Assembly: GCA_964016885.1 (NCBI GenBank)
Contig: CAXHJY010000072.1
Span: forward strand, 7,555 to 71,554
DNA from: Eledone cirrhosa
Lineage: Eukaryota
Length of the DNA stretch: 64,000 bases
Reading direction: 5' to 3'
Positions within the stretch are counted from its first letter, which is position 1, and each line of letters opens with the position of its first letter. Below, piece by piece: positions 44,961 to 64,000 of the stretch. The notes beneath the pieces are model-generated. The model had not been told where the DNA came from. It searched no databases and saw only the letters and a list, made by a program, of their open reading frames with translations. The translations under genes were made by a program, and so were the position numbers.

Positions 44961-45094
44961 ATATATGTGCATGTATATCATATATAATATACATACATGC
45001 ACATGTATACATGTATAAATATGCATATGATATATATATGCGCATATATAGGTACATATAAATCTCCCTCTTTCTCTCTTTCTTTCTCTCTCTG

Positions 45095-45136
<42 letters not shown>

Positions 45137-45139
<3 letters not shown>

Positions 45140-45345
45140 AACGAGTAGGACCCCGACGGCTGAGCTCAAGCCGTTTCGACGGCTAATTCTGGACTAAGAC
45201 TCGTTTTAGTCCAGAATTAGCCGTCGAAACGGCTTCAGCTCAGCCGTCGGGGTCCTAACTCGTTCCTATTACCCACTCTACTCCCCTAAGTATTGAGTAC
45301 ATTGGTGCGTTATGGTCCACCTGGTTCCTTACCACATTTCCTTCG

Positions 45346-45348
<3 letters not shown>
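45137..45348 (+). mobile_element. Fold-back family F1, best copy
   Basis: ~60-bp arms around ggactaa-gactcgtt-ttagtcc; within (TA)n. Confidence 0.8.
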
Positions 45349-45389
<41 letters not shown>

Positions 45390-45579
45390 TAAGATGGCAG
45401 CATGGAGAAACAGGAGAAGAAAAGAAATCGTTCATCAGCTGTAAAACCGAGATCAAGATGTTTCGGCGCTTATTACAGGATATCTAAAAGCGATCACCGG
45501 CACGCCCAAATATATATATATATATATATATAGTGACGAAACATAAGTCAATTGTATGAACTCATAATCCTTTATTGAT

Positions 45580-45631
45580 TGCTATATATATTTCGAAGAT
45601 AGCCATTGAATGACTATGACCTCATCAGGCA
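45580..45631 (-). ncRNA. Minimal hammerhead
   Basis: tgc-CTGATGA-ggtcatagtcatt/ca/atggctatcttc-GAAA-tatata-TA^gca. Confidence 0.62.
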
Positions 45632-46060
45632 GTTAGTCAGTTCTTAGATATGCCAGCTCTGTGTTTATAGTGTTGATGGTATCAGAGCCTTGGGACATAT
45701 ATATAGTTAAAGAAAGAAGAGTAACATGGTTGGCTGTACAATAAGGGTTTTATTTAAAATACTGACAATTGATCAACGAAACAATTGTCAGTACTTTAAA
45801 TAAAACCCTTATTGTACACCCAACCATGTTACTCTTCTTTCCTAAACTATTATTATTCCAAGTATAACCTGCACAGAGATTACCGCGAACTCGCTGCATA
45901 AGTATGGAAACATCTTGTTGAGTCAAACAAAGCCGTACGTTAAAACTATCCACGACGCGGGGTACTCTAACTGGATTACGTATAACGATAACTTGTTATC
46001 CCAAATATATATATATATACGATATTAAACAAATGGAAACTATATTTATAAAACCATATT

Positions 46061-46126
46061 TATTTCATTATACATATTTCGGGGATACCATATTAAAAAT
46101 ATGGCATGCCTTCTTCAGATAAAATA
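46061..46126 (-). ncRNA. Hammerhead of family F2
   Basis: tattttat-CTGAAGA-aggcatgccata...tatggtatcccc-GAAA-tatgta-TA^atgaaata; 8-bp stem I. Confidence 0.65.
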
Positions 46127-46302
46127 CAATATATAAACAGTTTTATAAATAATTTTGACGTACTATAAATATTGATCAACTTTTATGTAAGAAGTTGGTT
46201 TGGTAGTGAAATGTTTATAAATATTTAGTGTTAAGCACAGTTAAAAAGAAAGACGGAGAAAAAGAAGAAATGTATCTAAAGAAAAACAGAGAGAAATAGT
46301 TT

Positions 46303-46476
<174 letters not shown>

Positions 46477-46819
46477 AATAATGTGATTGTGAAAACATAA
46501 CTGATATTGGAATATTGATAGTAAAGTACATATATATTCCATTTATTGCTGAAATGTATAGCTAGATTTACATTGTATCTTATATTCTGGGTCAACGATT
46601 AACAGAAATGGCAGATTGTTGCTAGAAAAACACTTCTAAAACATCACCACCAAATCATTCTTGGAGTATCCTTTACTAATCTATTCACCAAATAATGTAA
46701 GGTACAATATATTCATTGGAGCATTAAATTAAATACACACATGATCTTTGTTATTCTTTAAAACAAGCAATCATTTTCATAATCATATACATCGCTACCT
46801 TTTCAGTGAATTATACCTT

Positions 46820-47795
46820 ACGTTGACTTTGCCTTTCATCCTTACAGGGGTCGATAAAATAAAGTACCAGTAATGCACTGGGTAATTGCTGGCCTTGTGC
46901 CTAACGTAGAAACAATTATTATATAGTTACGTCGCTTTACGGTCTGGGTTCAAATCCCGCCGAGGTTAACTATGCCTTTCATCCTTATGGGGTCGATAAC
47001 ATAAAGTACCAGTCATGTACTGGGGTCGATTTAATCGACTTTTCCCTCCCCCAAATTGCTGGCTTTGTGCCTATATAAGAAACCATTATTACGTCAGACA
47101 CCATGCTTTGCAGCATATAGTTACGGGCCTTTACGTTCTGATTTCAAATCGTGCTGAGGTTAGCTTTGCCTTTCATCCTTACGGGGTCGATAAAATAAAG
47201 TACCAGTAATACACTGTAGGAGATTTAATCGACTTTCTCCTGCCCAAAATTGCTGGACTTGTGCCTATAGTATTACGGTAGAGGGTCGGACGCCATGCGT
47301 TGCAACATAGTTACGGCCCTTTATCATCTACGTTCAAAATCCCGTTGAGGTTAACTTTGCCTTTCATCCTTACGGCGATAAAATAAAGTACCAGTAATAC
47401 ACTGAGGTAATTGCTGGCATTGTTCCAAAAAATAGAAACAATTATTACATCAAACACCTTGCTTTGCAGCATATAGTTACTGCCCTTTACGTCGATAAAA
47501 TAAACTACCAGTAATACACTGAGGTAATTGCGGGACTTGCCTTGTTCCAAAAATAGAAACAATTATTACATCACACACCATGCTTTGCAACATAGAGTTA
47601 CTGCCCTTTACGTCTATAAAATAAACTACCAGTAATACACTGGAGTATTTGCTGGCCTTGTACCAAAAAATAGAAACAATTATTACATCAGACACCATGC
47701 TTTGCCACATAGAGTTACTGCCCTTTATGTCGATAAAATAAACTACCAGTAATACACTGAGGTATTTGCTGGCCTTGTGCCAAAAGTAGAAAAAT
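46820..47795 (+). mobile_element. Tandem cluster of truncated SINE family A copies ending in a ~120-bp satellite-like repeat
   Basis: About seven repeats of gataaaataaa(g/c)taccagtaat. Confidence 0.82.
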
Positions 47796-48239
47796 GTATT
47801 AGTGTTGTTGTTGAGCCATTCCAGACGTGGAACACATCGACAGCGTAAGTTCCTTGTTTGCTAACGTGTTTTAAAACATTTTTCTCTGCATATAATATAT
47901 TGCTTTGTAGCTAAACCAACAATCTTCTCAAGAAGCTGGTTGGATTCTTTATATCTGTAGAGATTAAGGGGTATATTCGTGTATGCCGTTTCGTAAGCAC
48001 GCCCAACAACAACATCAACTACCATCAACATCCCCACCACCAATATCACCGCCACCATCACTAACACCAGAACAACCATATATATTTTAAAAAAAAATAT
48101 ATATATATATATACACATATCCAAAATTAAATGAAGAGTGTCATATCTGAGACTTGCACCATATCCACTATAGAATATGCTCAAAGATTCTAATGAATAG
48201 ATCCGAGCATTTTATATCAACTAGAAATTGATTGACATT

Positions 48240-48620
48240 TATATATATATATAAACTAGAAATTCATTGAAATATATATATATATAAACTAGAAATTGAT
48301 TGAAATATATATATATATAAAATAAACATATGAAACAATCAGAGGGAATAATTTGTAAAGTGTGTAAGCACACACAGCTAGGTAGGTAACTAGTTAAAGT
48401 TTAACTAGAACTTCAAATATAGATACCTTTTCATCTATATTTGAAGTTCTAGTTAAACTTTAATTAGTTACCTACCTAGCTGTGTGTGCTTACACACTTT
48501 ACAAATTATTCCCTGTGATTGTTTCATATGTTTATTTTATATATATATATATTTCAATCAATTTCTAGTTTATATATATATATTTCAATGAATTTCTAGT
48601 TTATATATATATATATATAT
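48240..48620. repeat. Palindrome with ~180-bp arms
   Basis: Centre gaacttcaaatatagat-accttttc-atctatatttgaagttc at about 48428. Confidence 0.9.
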
Positions 48621-48627
48621 ATAATTT

Positions 48628-48910
48628 GGAGGCACTTGGCCTAGTGGTACGGGGCTTGGACTTATGATCATAATGTCGTGGGTTCGATTATTGTGTTGCG
48701 TGTTGTGTTCTTTAGCAAAACACTTCATTTCATGTTGCTCCAGTATACTCAGCTGAAAATGAGTACCAGTAATAGCTGGGGGTTTAACCCTGCGATGGAC
48801 TAGCGTCCTGTCCAGGGAGGAGTTTTGTACTCTCAGTCGCTTCACGCCAAGAAACCAGGATAAGCACCGGCTAAGTGAGCCTTCTGGCTTTAGACAGACT
48901 TTAGACTTTA
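48628..48910 (+). mobile_element. tRNA-derived SINE family B
   Basis: A box TGGCCTAGTGG, B box GGTTCGATT, conserved-domain-like aaccctgcgatggactagcgtcctgtccaggg, (AGACTTT)n tail. Confidence 0.78.
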
Positions 48911-48977
48911 TATATATATGTTGAGAGAGAGAGACGGAAAATCAACGACGGTGGGGCCAAGCGGGTTCGGCTTGGTT

Positions 48978-49251
48978 TTATATATATACAAACACAAAAC
49001 GTCATAACTTCTGGAGTTCGCAATCGATTTTCACAAAACTTGACACATCGGCTACGTTTGTCCTGCATATGAATGTGAACTCCCAGAATTGGCACATATT
49101 GAGTAGGGGACCCATGGGGGCAGGAACCCCCTTTTGGAAAAAGCCGATGATTTTGTAAAAGTAGACTTTTCGAAGCAGCACTGAAGTATTGACATAAATG
49201 GTATACACAACTGCTATTTAATACCAGAGCAACGCCGTGTACCTCTGCTAG
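48978..49251 (+). mobile_element. Helitron-like element
   Basis: 3' end accagagcaacgccgtgtacctctgCTAG resembles other Helitron-like ends here. Confidence 0.5.
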
Positions 49252-49337
<86 letters not shown>

Positions 49338-49351
49338 CATGTATCGATATA

Positions 49352-49431
49352 TTGGGTTGTAACATAGATTGCTGTCGATTTGTGAAAACAAACAATTTAT
49401 AACAACGGCGGAAATTCATGTTACAACCCAA
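49352..49431. mobile_element. 80-bp mariner-type MITE
   Basis: TA-ttgggttgtaacat...atgttacaacccaa-TA. Confidence 0.7.
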
Positions 49432-50577
49432 TATATATATATAGAGAGAGATAGAAATAGGGAGCGGGAATAATATACGTGCCCGGATTTGTGATAACAC
49501 ATAATCTAGTGGTACTATTATTTGGGAAGCCATAGAATACATTGTGTTAAGAGATGAGTAATTGGGGTCTATAAAGTCACAGATGAAATGAATTTTATAA
49601 GTTTGAACATTCTTACAATGTTTTGTATTAAACACAAGCTGGGCAATCGATACATGACCAGTGAAATCGATACACGACCAGTGAAATAACCACTTAGAAG
49701 GAGAAATTACATTTAACTTGTCAATATAATGACATCAGCTTTTCTATTATTTTACCCGGAAATTCGGTCAACCTAACTGTGCCATCTTTGATATTAGCAT
49801 TATGGAGATTCTTATAAATGTTTTCATTTTTCTGATATTTATAAGTGGACGAAATTGGAAATACTATCTAGCATGTTAATGATACATAAGAAGCCTAAGC
49901 GAAATAGTAAGACCTGCTATTTGATACACAAACATCTAGATAGAGGGTCTTGTGAAGATTTAGATATGCATATCACTTTCAAACATGACATTCTGACAAG
50001 AAAATATACTACTTGTGCTAAATTTATTGAAAATGCTAATACAAATATAAATTCTCTGTCTGAAAACTTTTCCCATTTTAAACGACGTAAAACTTTTGAT
50101 GTCAGCTATTACAGAGACGTGCATGAACATATATGCTACTGGAATTCTATAAATAATTGCAGTTTCCGTGTATGGAAGAGTAGAATGGCCAGTCACTGGA
50201 AAATTACGTAGATTGGGAGACAGTTTTGTATCTACTGATGCAAACAAATGGCAGATCTGCACAGCATGATAATAAAATATACATCTCTGTATCATCGTGG
50301 CAACGAGATAATAGACGTATGAGACATTTCGCCAAATTTCTATGCCAACCTCCATAGTAGTTCTGCAGACAGACACACACATCGACCCCCCCCCCCCCCA
50401 CACACATATTTATAAAGAGGCAGACAGACATACATAAACAAACAAAAAGAAAAAATATATTACAAATAAGGAATTGATAGGGAAATGGAAGGCATTTGAA
50501 TTATGACCTGGATGTATCCGATATATATATATATTTATATATACATATCTATATCTATATCTCTCTCTATATATATA

Positions 50578-50767
50578 TACGTAGGTCCCGGGTTGAGTCG
50601 GGGATAACCACAGTAAGTAAGTTACTCAATACATGGCAGAGTAAATTTTTTTTATTTTATAGAAGGAGCTTCTACAGGACTAGTACTGTTTCATTCAGAT
50701 GAAATCTTCCTGAAGATTTCATCTGAATGAAACAGTACTAGTCCTGTAGAAGCTCCTTCTATAAAAT
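50578..50767. mobile_element. Fold-back hammerhead element, family F6 relative
   Basis: Palindrome 50655-50767; cttc-CTGAAGA(50710)-tttca/tc/tgaat-GAAA-cag...ctg-TA^gaag; 50578-50645 is the reverse complement of the 39105-39170 end. Confidence 0.82.
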
Positions 50768-50770
50768 ATA

Positions 50771-50827
<57 letters not shown>

Positions 50828-50918
50828 GTATATATATATATATAGATTTATATTTAAAAAAAAAAAATATATATATATACATACATATCTATATATGTAT
50901 ATATATATAAATATATGT

Positions 50919-50951
<33 letters not shown>

Positions 50952-51204
50952 CATATCTATATTTATATATACATATCTATATATATATAGTATATATACA
51001 TATATATATATAGTATATATACATATATATATAGTATATATACATATATATATATATAGTATATATATATAGTATATATATATATATAGTATATATATAT
51101 ATCGTGAATATATAGTATATATATATATATCGTGAATATATATATATATATATATATATCATGAATATATATATATATATACCGTGTATATATATATATA
51201 TATC

Positions 51205-51275
<71 letters not shown>

Positions 51276-51429
51276 TGTATATATATATATATATATATCG
51301 TGTATATGTATATATATATATATATATCGTGTGTATATATATATATATTTATATCGTGTATATATATATATATATATATGTATAGATATATATCGTGTAT
51401 ATATATATATATATGTATAGATATATATC

Positions 51430-51463
<34 letters not shown>

Positions 51464-51520
51464 TGTGTATATATATATATATATATCGTGTATATATATA
51501 TACATGTATAGATATATATC

Positions 51521-51563
<43 letters not shown>

Positions 51564-51698
51564 TTATATATATATGTATATATATATATATATCGTGTAT
51601 GTATATATATATCACTTATATATATATCGTGTATATATATATATATATATCGTATATATTTATATATCGAATATGTATATATATATATATATATCGTG

Positions 51699-51730
<32 letters not shown>

Positions 51731-51777
51731 TCGTATATATATATATATTGTATATATATATATCGTTCATATATACC

Positions 51778-51814
<37 letters not shown>

Positions 51815-51856
51815 ATATATATATCATATATATATATACATATATATATATATATC

Positions 51857-51921
<65 letters not shown>

Positions 51922-52196
51922 CATACATATATATTATATATATATATATATATCATACATATATATTATATATATATATATATATATATCATATATATCA
52001 TATAAATATATATATATATATCATATATATATATATATCATATATATATATCATATATATATATATCATATATATATATATATCATATATATATATATAT
52101 CATATATATATATATATCATATATATATATATCATATATATATATATCATATATATCATATATATATATCATATATATCATATATATATATATATC

Positions 52197-52234
<38 letters not shown>

Positions 52235-52369
52235 CATATATATATATCATATATATCATATATATATATCATATATATATATCATATATATCATATATAT
52301 ATCATATATATCATATATATCATATATATATATATATCATATATATCATATATATATATATATCATATA

Positions 52370-52400
<31 letters not shown>

Positions 52401-53258
52401 CATATATATATATCATATATATCATATATATATATCATATATATATGTCATATATATCATATATATATCATATATATCATATATATCATATATATATATA
52501 TATCATATATATATATATATATCATATATATCATATATATATATATCATATATATATATATCATATATATATATATATATATATACATATATATCATATA
52601 TATATATATCATATATATATATATCATATATCATATATATCATATATATATATATCATATATCATATATATCATATATATATATATCATATATATATATA
52701 TCATATATATATATATCATATATCATATATATCATATATATATATATCATATATATATATATATCATATATATATATATCATATATGATATATATATATA
52801 TATATGATATATATATATATATATGATATATATATATATACATGTATATATATATAGTGTATATACATATATATATATATATCGTATACATATATATATA
52901 CATGTATATATATACAGTGTATATACATATATATATATATCGTATATACATATATATATATATCGTATATATATATATATATATATATAGTATATATATA
53001 CATATATATATATATATCGTATATATATATATATATATATAGTATATATATACATATATATATGTATATATAGTATATATATAGTATATATACATATATA
53101 TATATCGTATATATATATGTATATATAGTATGTATATATGTATATATATGTATATATGTATATATATATATATACATCGTATATATAACATATATATATA
53201 TATAGTATATATATATAGTATATATAAATACATATCTATATATGTATATATATATAAA

Positions 53259-53315
<57 letters not shown>

Positions 53316-53331
53316 TATATATATATATATA

Positions 53332-53367
<36 letters not shown>

Positions 53368-53382
53368 TATATATATATATAG

Positions 53383-53413
<31 letters not shown>

Positions 53414-53430
53414 TATATATAAATATATAG

Positions 53431-53462
<32 letters not shown>

Positions 53463-53768
53463 ATATACTTATATATACATAGTATATATATAGTATATAT
53501 ATATATATATATATATAGTATATATACATATATATACATAGTATATATATATATATATATATAGTATATATACATATATATACATAGTATATATACATAT
53601 ATATATATAGTATATATATATATATATATATATAGTATATATACATATATATATATAGTATATATATATATATATATATATAGTATATATACATATATAT
53701 ATATAGTATATATACATATATATATATAGTATATATACATATATATATATATAGTATATATATATATA

Positions 53769-53808
<40 letters not shown>

Positions 53809-54113
53809 TATATATATATAGTATATATACATATATTTATATGTATATAGTATATATATATATATATAGTATATATACATATATTTATATATATATATAT
53901 ATATAGTATATATATATATATATATATATATAGTATATATATATATAGTATATATACATATATTTATATATATATATATAGTATATATATATATATATAT
54001 ATAGTATATATATATATATATATATATAGTATATATATATATATATATATAGTATATATATATATATATATATAGTATATATATATATAGTATATATATA
54101 TATATATATATAG

Positions 54114-54144
<31 letters not shown>

Positions 54145-54148
54145 TATA

Positions 54149-54215
<67 letters not shown>

Positions 54216-54219
54216 TATA

Positions 54220-54279
<60 letters not shown>

Positions 54280-54304
54280 GTATATATATATATATTATAT
54301 ATAT

Positions 54305-54340
<36 letters not shown>

Positions 54341-54349
54341 GTATATATA

Positions 54350-54389
<40 letters not shown>

Positions 54390-54430
54390 TATATATATAG
54401 TATATATATATATATATATATAGTATATAT

Positions 54431-54464
<34 letters not shown>

Positions 54465-54500
54465 CTATATATATGTATATATATGTATATATATATATAG

Positions 54501-54536
<36 letters not shown>

Positions 54537-54537
54537 G

Positions 54538-54626
<89 letters not shown>

Positions 54627-54666
54627 TATATATATATAGTATATATATATGTATATATATATATAG

Positions 54667-54702
<36 letters not shown>

Positions 54703-54703
54703 G

Positions 54704-54737
<34 letters not shown>

Positions 54738-54738
54738 G

Positions 54739-54778
<40 letters not shown>

Positions 54779-54779
54779 G

Positions 54780-54813
<34 letters not shown>

Positions 54814-54866
54814 GTATATATATATATATGTATATATATATATAGTATATGTATATATATATATAG

Positions 54867-54897
<31 letters not shown>

Positions 54898-55006
54898 GTA
54901 TATATATATATAGTATATATATATATATGTATATATATATATAGTATATATATATATATGTATATATATATATAGTATATATATATATATGTATATATAT
55001 ATATAG

Positions 55007-55040
<34 letters not shown>

Positions 55041-55740
55041 GTATATATATATAGTATATATATATATATATATATATATACATCGTATATATATAGTATA
55101 TATATATAGTATATATAGTATATATATATATATATAGTATATATAGTATATATAGTATATATATATATATATAATATATATATAATATATAATATAGTAT
55201 ATATATATATATATAGTATATATAGTATATATAGTATATATATATATAGTATATATAGTATATATATAGTATATATATATATATAGTATATATAGTATAT
55301 ATATATATATATAGTATATATAGTATATATATATATATAGTATATATAGTATATATATATATATATAATATATATAGTATATATAGTATATATATATTTA
55401 TATAGTATATATAGTATATATATGTATATATAGTATATATATATATAGTATATATAGTATATATATATATATAGTATATATATGTATATATAGTATATAT
55501 ATATATAGTATATATAGTATATATATATATAGTATATATATATATATAGTATATATAGTATATATATATAGTATATATAGTATATATATATATATAGTAT
55601 ATATAGTATATATATATATATAGTATATATAGTATATATATATATATAGTATATATAGTATATATATATATGTATAGTATATATAGTATATATATATATA
55701 GTATATAGTATATATATATATATAGTATATATAGTATACA
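50768..55740. repeat. ~5-kb (TA)n tract with successive TCG, TCA and TAG variant blocks
   Basis: Directly visible. Confidence 0.95.
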
Positions 55741-57410
55741 GATCCAGGGAACGGGGCCCGAGGATAGGAAGAGGAAATGGCTAGACCATTTTAGGACCCT
55801 ACTAGGAGAGCCACCCTCCACAGCCCAGAGCACTGGGGAGATCAGGCGGCTGTTTGAGGAACTGGATGTTGAGACAGAGCCCTTCACCAGAGAGGAGCTT
55901 CAGAGAGCCAAGAAGAAGATCAAGGAGGGCAAGGCTCATGGAGAAGATGGAGTAGCATCAGAGGTGATGAAGTGGTGTGATTTTGATGATATCATCCTGG
56001 GGTTCTGTAACGGGGCACTGGAGAAAGGAGTTGCCCCGAATCAGTGGAGGATCAGTAACATCGTCCCAGTGCCAAAGAAGGGAGATCTCTCTAACACCAA
56101 CAACTACCGGGGGATCTCACTGACGTCACTTGTGGCAAAGACCCTCAACAGGATGATTCTTAACAGGATCCAGCCTGAGATGGAGAAGAAGCTCAGGGAC
56201 AACCAGAACGGCTTCAGAGAGGGTAGATCAACCACCAGTCACATCCTGATGCTGAGGAGGATATTAGAGGGAGCTAGAGCAAAGTGCCTTCCTGCGGTCA
56301 TGGTTTTCATTGACTTTAGGAAGGCCTTTGATTCTGTGGACCGTTACTGCCTGATGAAGATCTTGCGGGCTTATGGAATCCCCAAGAGGATAGTGGACCT
56401 GATATCACTGCTCTACACCAACACCAAAGCCCAAGTCATTACACCTGATGGGATGACAGAGTTCTTTGAGATACTGGCTGGAGTGCTCCAGGGAGATACA
56501 TTGGCTCCCTACCTTTTTGTCATCGTAGTGGACTATTGTATGCGCCTTGCACTGGAGAAACACCAGGACTCTGGCTTTACTGTAGCACCGGCTCAGAGCA
56601 GGAGAGTTGGGGCGAAAAAGGTATCGGATGCTGAATTTGCCGACGACATAGTTTTGGTGACAAATACAGTGAAGGAGGCATAGGATTTGATGCGGGAGGT
56701 TGAGACTGTGTCGATGAGTGTGGGGCTGAGAATGAATGAGTCTAAAACAAAATATCTGGTAGAGAATGTTGAGAAGCCAGAGGGGATCACTAATATAGGC
56801 GGGAAGCCGCTGGAATTGGTTGAGGACTTCCTGTATTTGGGAGCAAAGATTGGGAATACGGAAGATGATGTGGTTGAGAGGAAGAGCAAGGCTTGGGCGG
56901 CGTGCCACAGCTTGAGATCGGTGTGGAAGTCGGACCTTCGTAGAGACCTGAAAATCCGCCTCTTCATTGCTGTAGTGGAGTCTGTGCTACTGTGTGGGTC
57001 TGAGACTTGGACACTGACCAAGAGACTCACTCAGATGGTGGATGGGTGCTACACGAGAATGCTGAGGATGGCTCTGAACATTAATCAGTATACACTGAGG
57101 ATGAAAAACTCAGAGCTGTATGGGAGCCTCCCAAAAGTCAGCTCAAAAGTGACACAGAGGAGACTGAGGTTGGCTGGACATGCTCACCGGCATCCAGAGT
57201 TGACATTGCACTCCGTGCTCCTTTGGGAGCCCCTACATGGACACACTGGAAGAGGAAGACCAAGGTTAACATATGTTGATGCCCTAAGGACAGACACTGG
57301 TCTGTTGGAGACGCAGGACATGGCAGCGATAATGAGGGACAGAGACCGCTGGAGAGAACTCGTCCATGGATCTCGGGAATTTTACCCGCCTTAGATAGAT
57401 AGATAGATAG
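55741..57410 (+). mobile_element. 5'-truncated RTE-clade LINE with (TAGA)n tail, inserted in (TA)n
   Basis: RT remnant listed below; the stop codon runs directly into the (TAGA)n tail. Confidence 0.92.
55742..57394 (+). pseudogene. RTE reverse transcriptase, 5'-truncated, one in-frame TAG at 56681-56683
   Basis: PKKGD..NYRGISL, QNGFR, FIDFRKAFDSV, GVLQGDTLAP, FADD, FLYLG, GSETW, GRGRPR motifs. Confidence 0.93.
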
Positions 57411-57618
57411 TATATATAGTATATATATATATAGTATATATATATATATAGTATATATAGTATATATATATATATAGTATATATAGTATATATATATATA
57501 TATATAGTATATATAGTATATATATATATAGTATATATAGTATATATATATAGTATATATATATAGTATATATAGTATATATATATATATATATATATAG
57601 TATATATAGTATATATAT

Positions 57619-57661
<43 letters not shown>

Positions 57662-59171
57662 GTATATATATATATAGTATATATAGTATATATATATATA
57701 GTATATATAGCATATATATATATTATATATAGTATATATATATATATTATATATAGTATATATATATATATAGTATATATAGTATATATATATATATATA
57801 TATATAGTATATATAGTATATATATATATTATATATAGTATATATATATATATATTATATATAGTATATATATATATATTATATATAGTATATATATATA
57901 TATTATATATAGTATATATATATATAGTATATATAGTATATATATATATATTATATATAGTATATATATATATAGTATATATATATATATAGTATATATA
58001 GTATATATATATATTATATATAGTATATATATATATATAGTATATATAGTATATATATATATATTATATATAGTATATATATATATATAGTATATATAGT
58101 ATATATATATATATTATATATAGTATATATATATATATATATATAGTATATATATATATATTATATATAGTATATATATATATATAGTATATATATATAT
58201 ATAGTATACATAGTATATATATATAGTATATATAGTATATATATATATATAGTATATATATATATATTATATATAGTATATATATATATATAGTATATAT
58301 ATATATATTATATATAGTATATATATATATATATTATATATAGTATATATATATCTAGTATACATAGTATATATATATATATATATTATATATAGTATAT
58401 ATATATATATATTATATATAGTATATATATATATATATTATATATAGTATATATATATATCTAGTATACATAGTATATATATATATATTATATATAGTAT
58501 ATATATATATATAGTATATATATATATAGTATATATATATATAGTATATATATATATATATAGTATATATAGTATATATATATATATATAGTATATATAG
58601 TATATATATATATATAGTATATATATATATAGTATATATATATATATAGTATATATAGTATATATATATATATAGTATATATATATATATAGTATATATA
58701 GTATATATATATAGTATATATAGTATATATATATATATAGTATATATATATATATATAGTATAGTATATATAGTATATATATATATATATAGTATATATA
58801 GTATATATAGTATATATAGTATATATATATAGTATATATATATATATAGTATATATATATAGTATATATAGTATATATATATATATAGCTATATATATAT
58901 AGTATATATATATATAGTATATATAGTATATATATTATATATAGTATATATATATAGTATATATAGTATATATATTATATATAGTATATATATATAGTAT
59001 ATATAGTATATATATTATATATAGTATATATATATAGTATATATAGTATATATATATATATATAGTATATATATAGTATATATATTATATATAGTATATA
59101 TATATAGTATATATAGTATATATATTATATATAGTATATATATATATAGTATATATATATATATATATTAT
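57411..59171. repeat. (TA)n/(TAGTA) microsatellite
   Basis: Directly visible. Confidence 0.95.
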
Positions 59172-59355
59172 ATATCTATCTATCTAAGGCGGATAAAATT
59201 CCCGAGATCCATGGACGAGTTCTCTCCAGCGGGTCTCTGTCCCTCATTATCGCTGCCATATCCTGCATCTCCAACAGACCAGTGTCTGTCCTTAGGGCAT
59301 CAACATATGTTAACCTTGGTCTTCCTCTTCTAGTGTGTCCATGTAGGGGCTCCCA
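59172..59355 (-). mobile_element. RTE 3' fragment
   Basis: Reverse complement of 57224-57405. Confidence 0.9.

Positions 59356-64000
<4,645 letters not shown>

Noticed and set aside
49855-50403. Overlapping ORFs in non-repetitive sequence
   Set aside because: No recognisable motifs; cannot be supported without a homology search
56681-56683. Programmed readthrough in the RT
   Set aside because: A simple CAG>TAG change in an already truncated copy is the more parsimonious explanation
56405-57030. Minus-strand ORFs of 167 and 145 aa
   Set aside because: Antisense shadows of the RTE RT

Overview
AT-rich eukaryotic, almost certainly animal, repetitive DNA. The very long (TA)n tracts and SINE types resemble octopus/cephalopod genomes (inference). 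I see no supportable host gene; nearly all ORFs in the track are microsatellite artefacts. Recognisable content: a 5'-truncated RTE-clade LINE plus three fragments, a Penelope-like RT-thumb/GIY-YIG remnant, R4/Dong and CRE 3' fragments, many tRNA-SINE copies, Helitron-like elements, and hAT and Tc1/mariner-type MITEs. The main discovery is ribozyme content. Bases 731-4825 are about 12.5 tandem copies of a highly structured 311-bp unit, each with a complete minimal type I hammerhead ribozyme (CUGAUGA...GAAA, GUA cleavage site, palindromic stem III). This fits a retrozyme-like array predicted to yield ~311-nt monomer or circular RNAs. About ten other, unrelated hammerhead-bearing mini-element families sit in or near (TA)n across the window, many as fold-back palindromes with the apex at the ribozyme. 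All structures were read by eye; nothing was computed.
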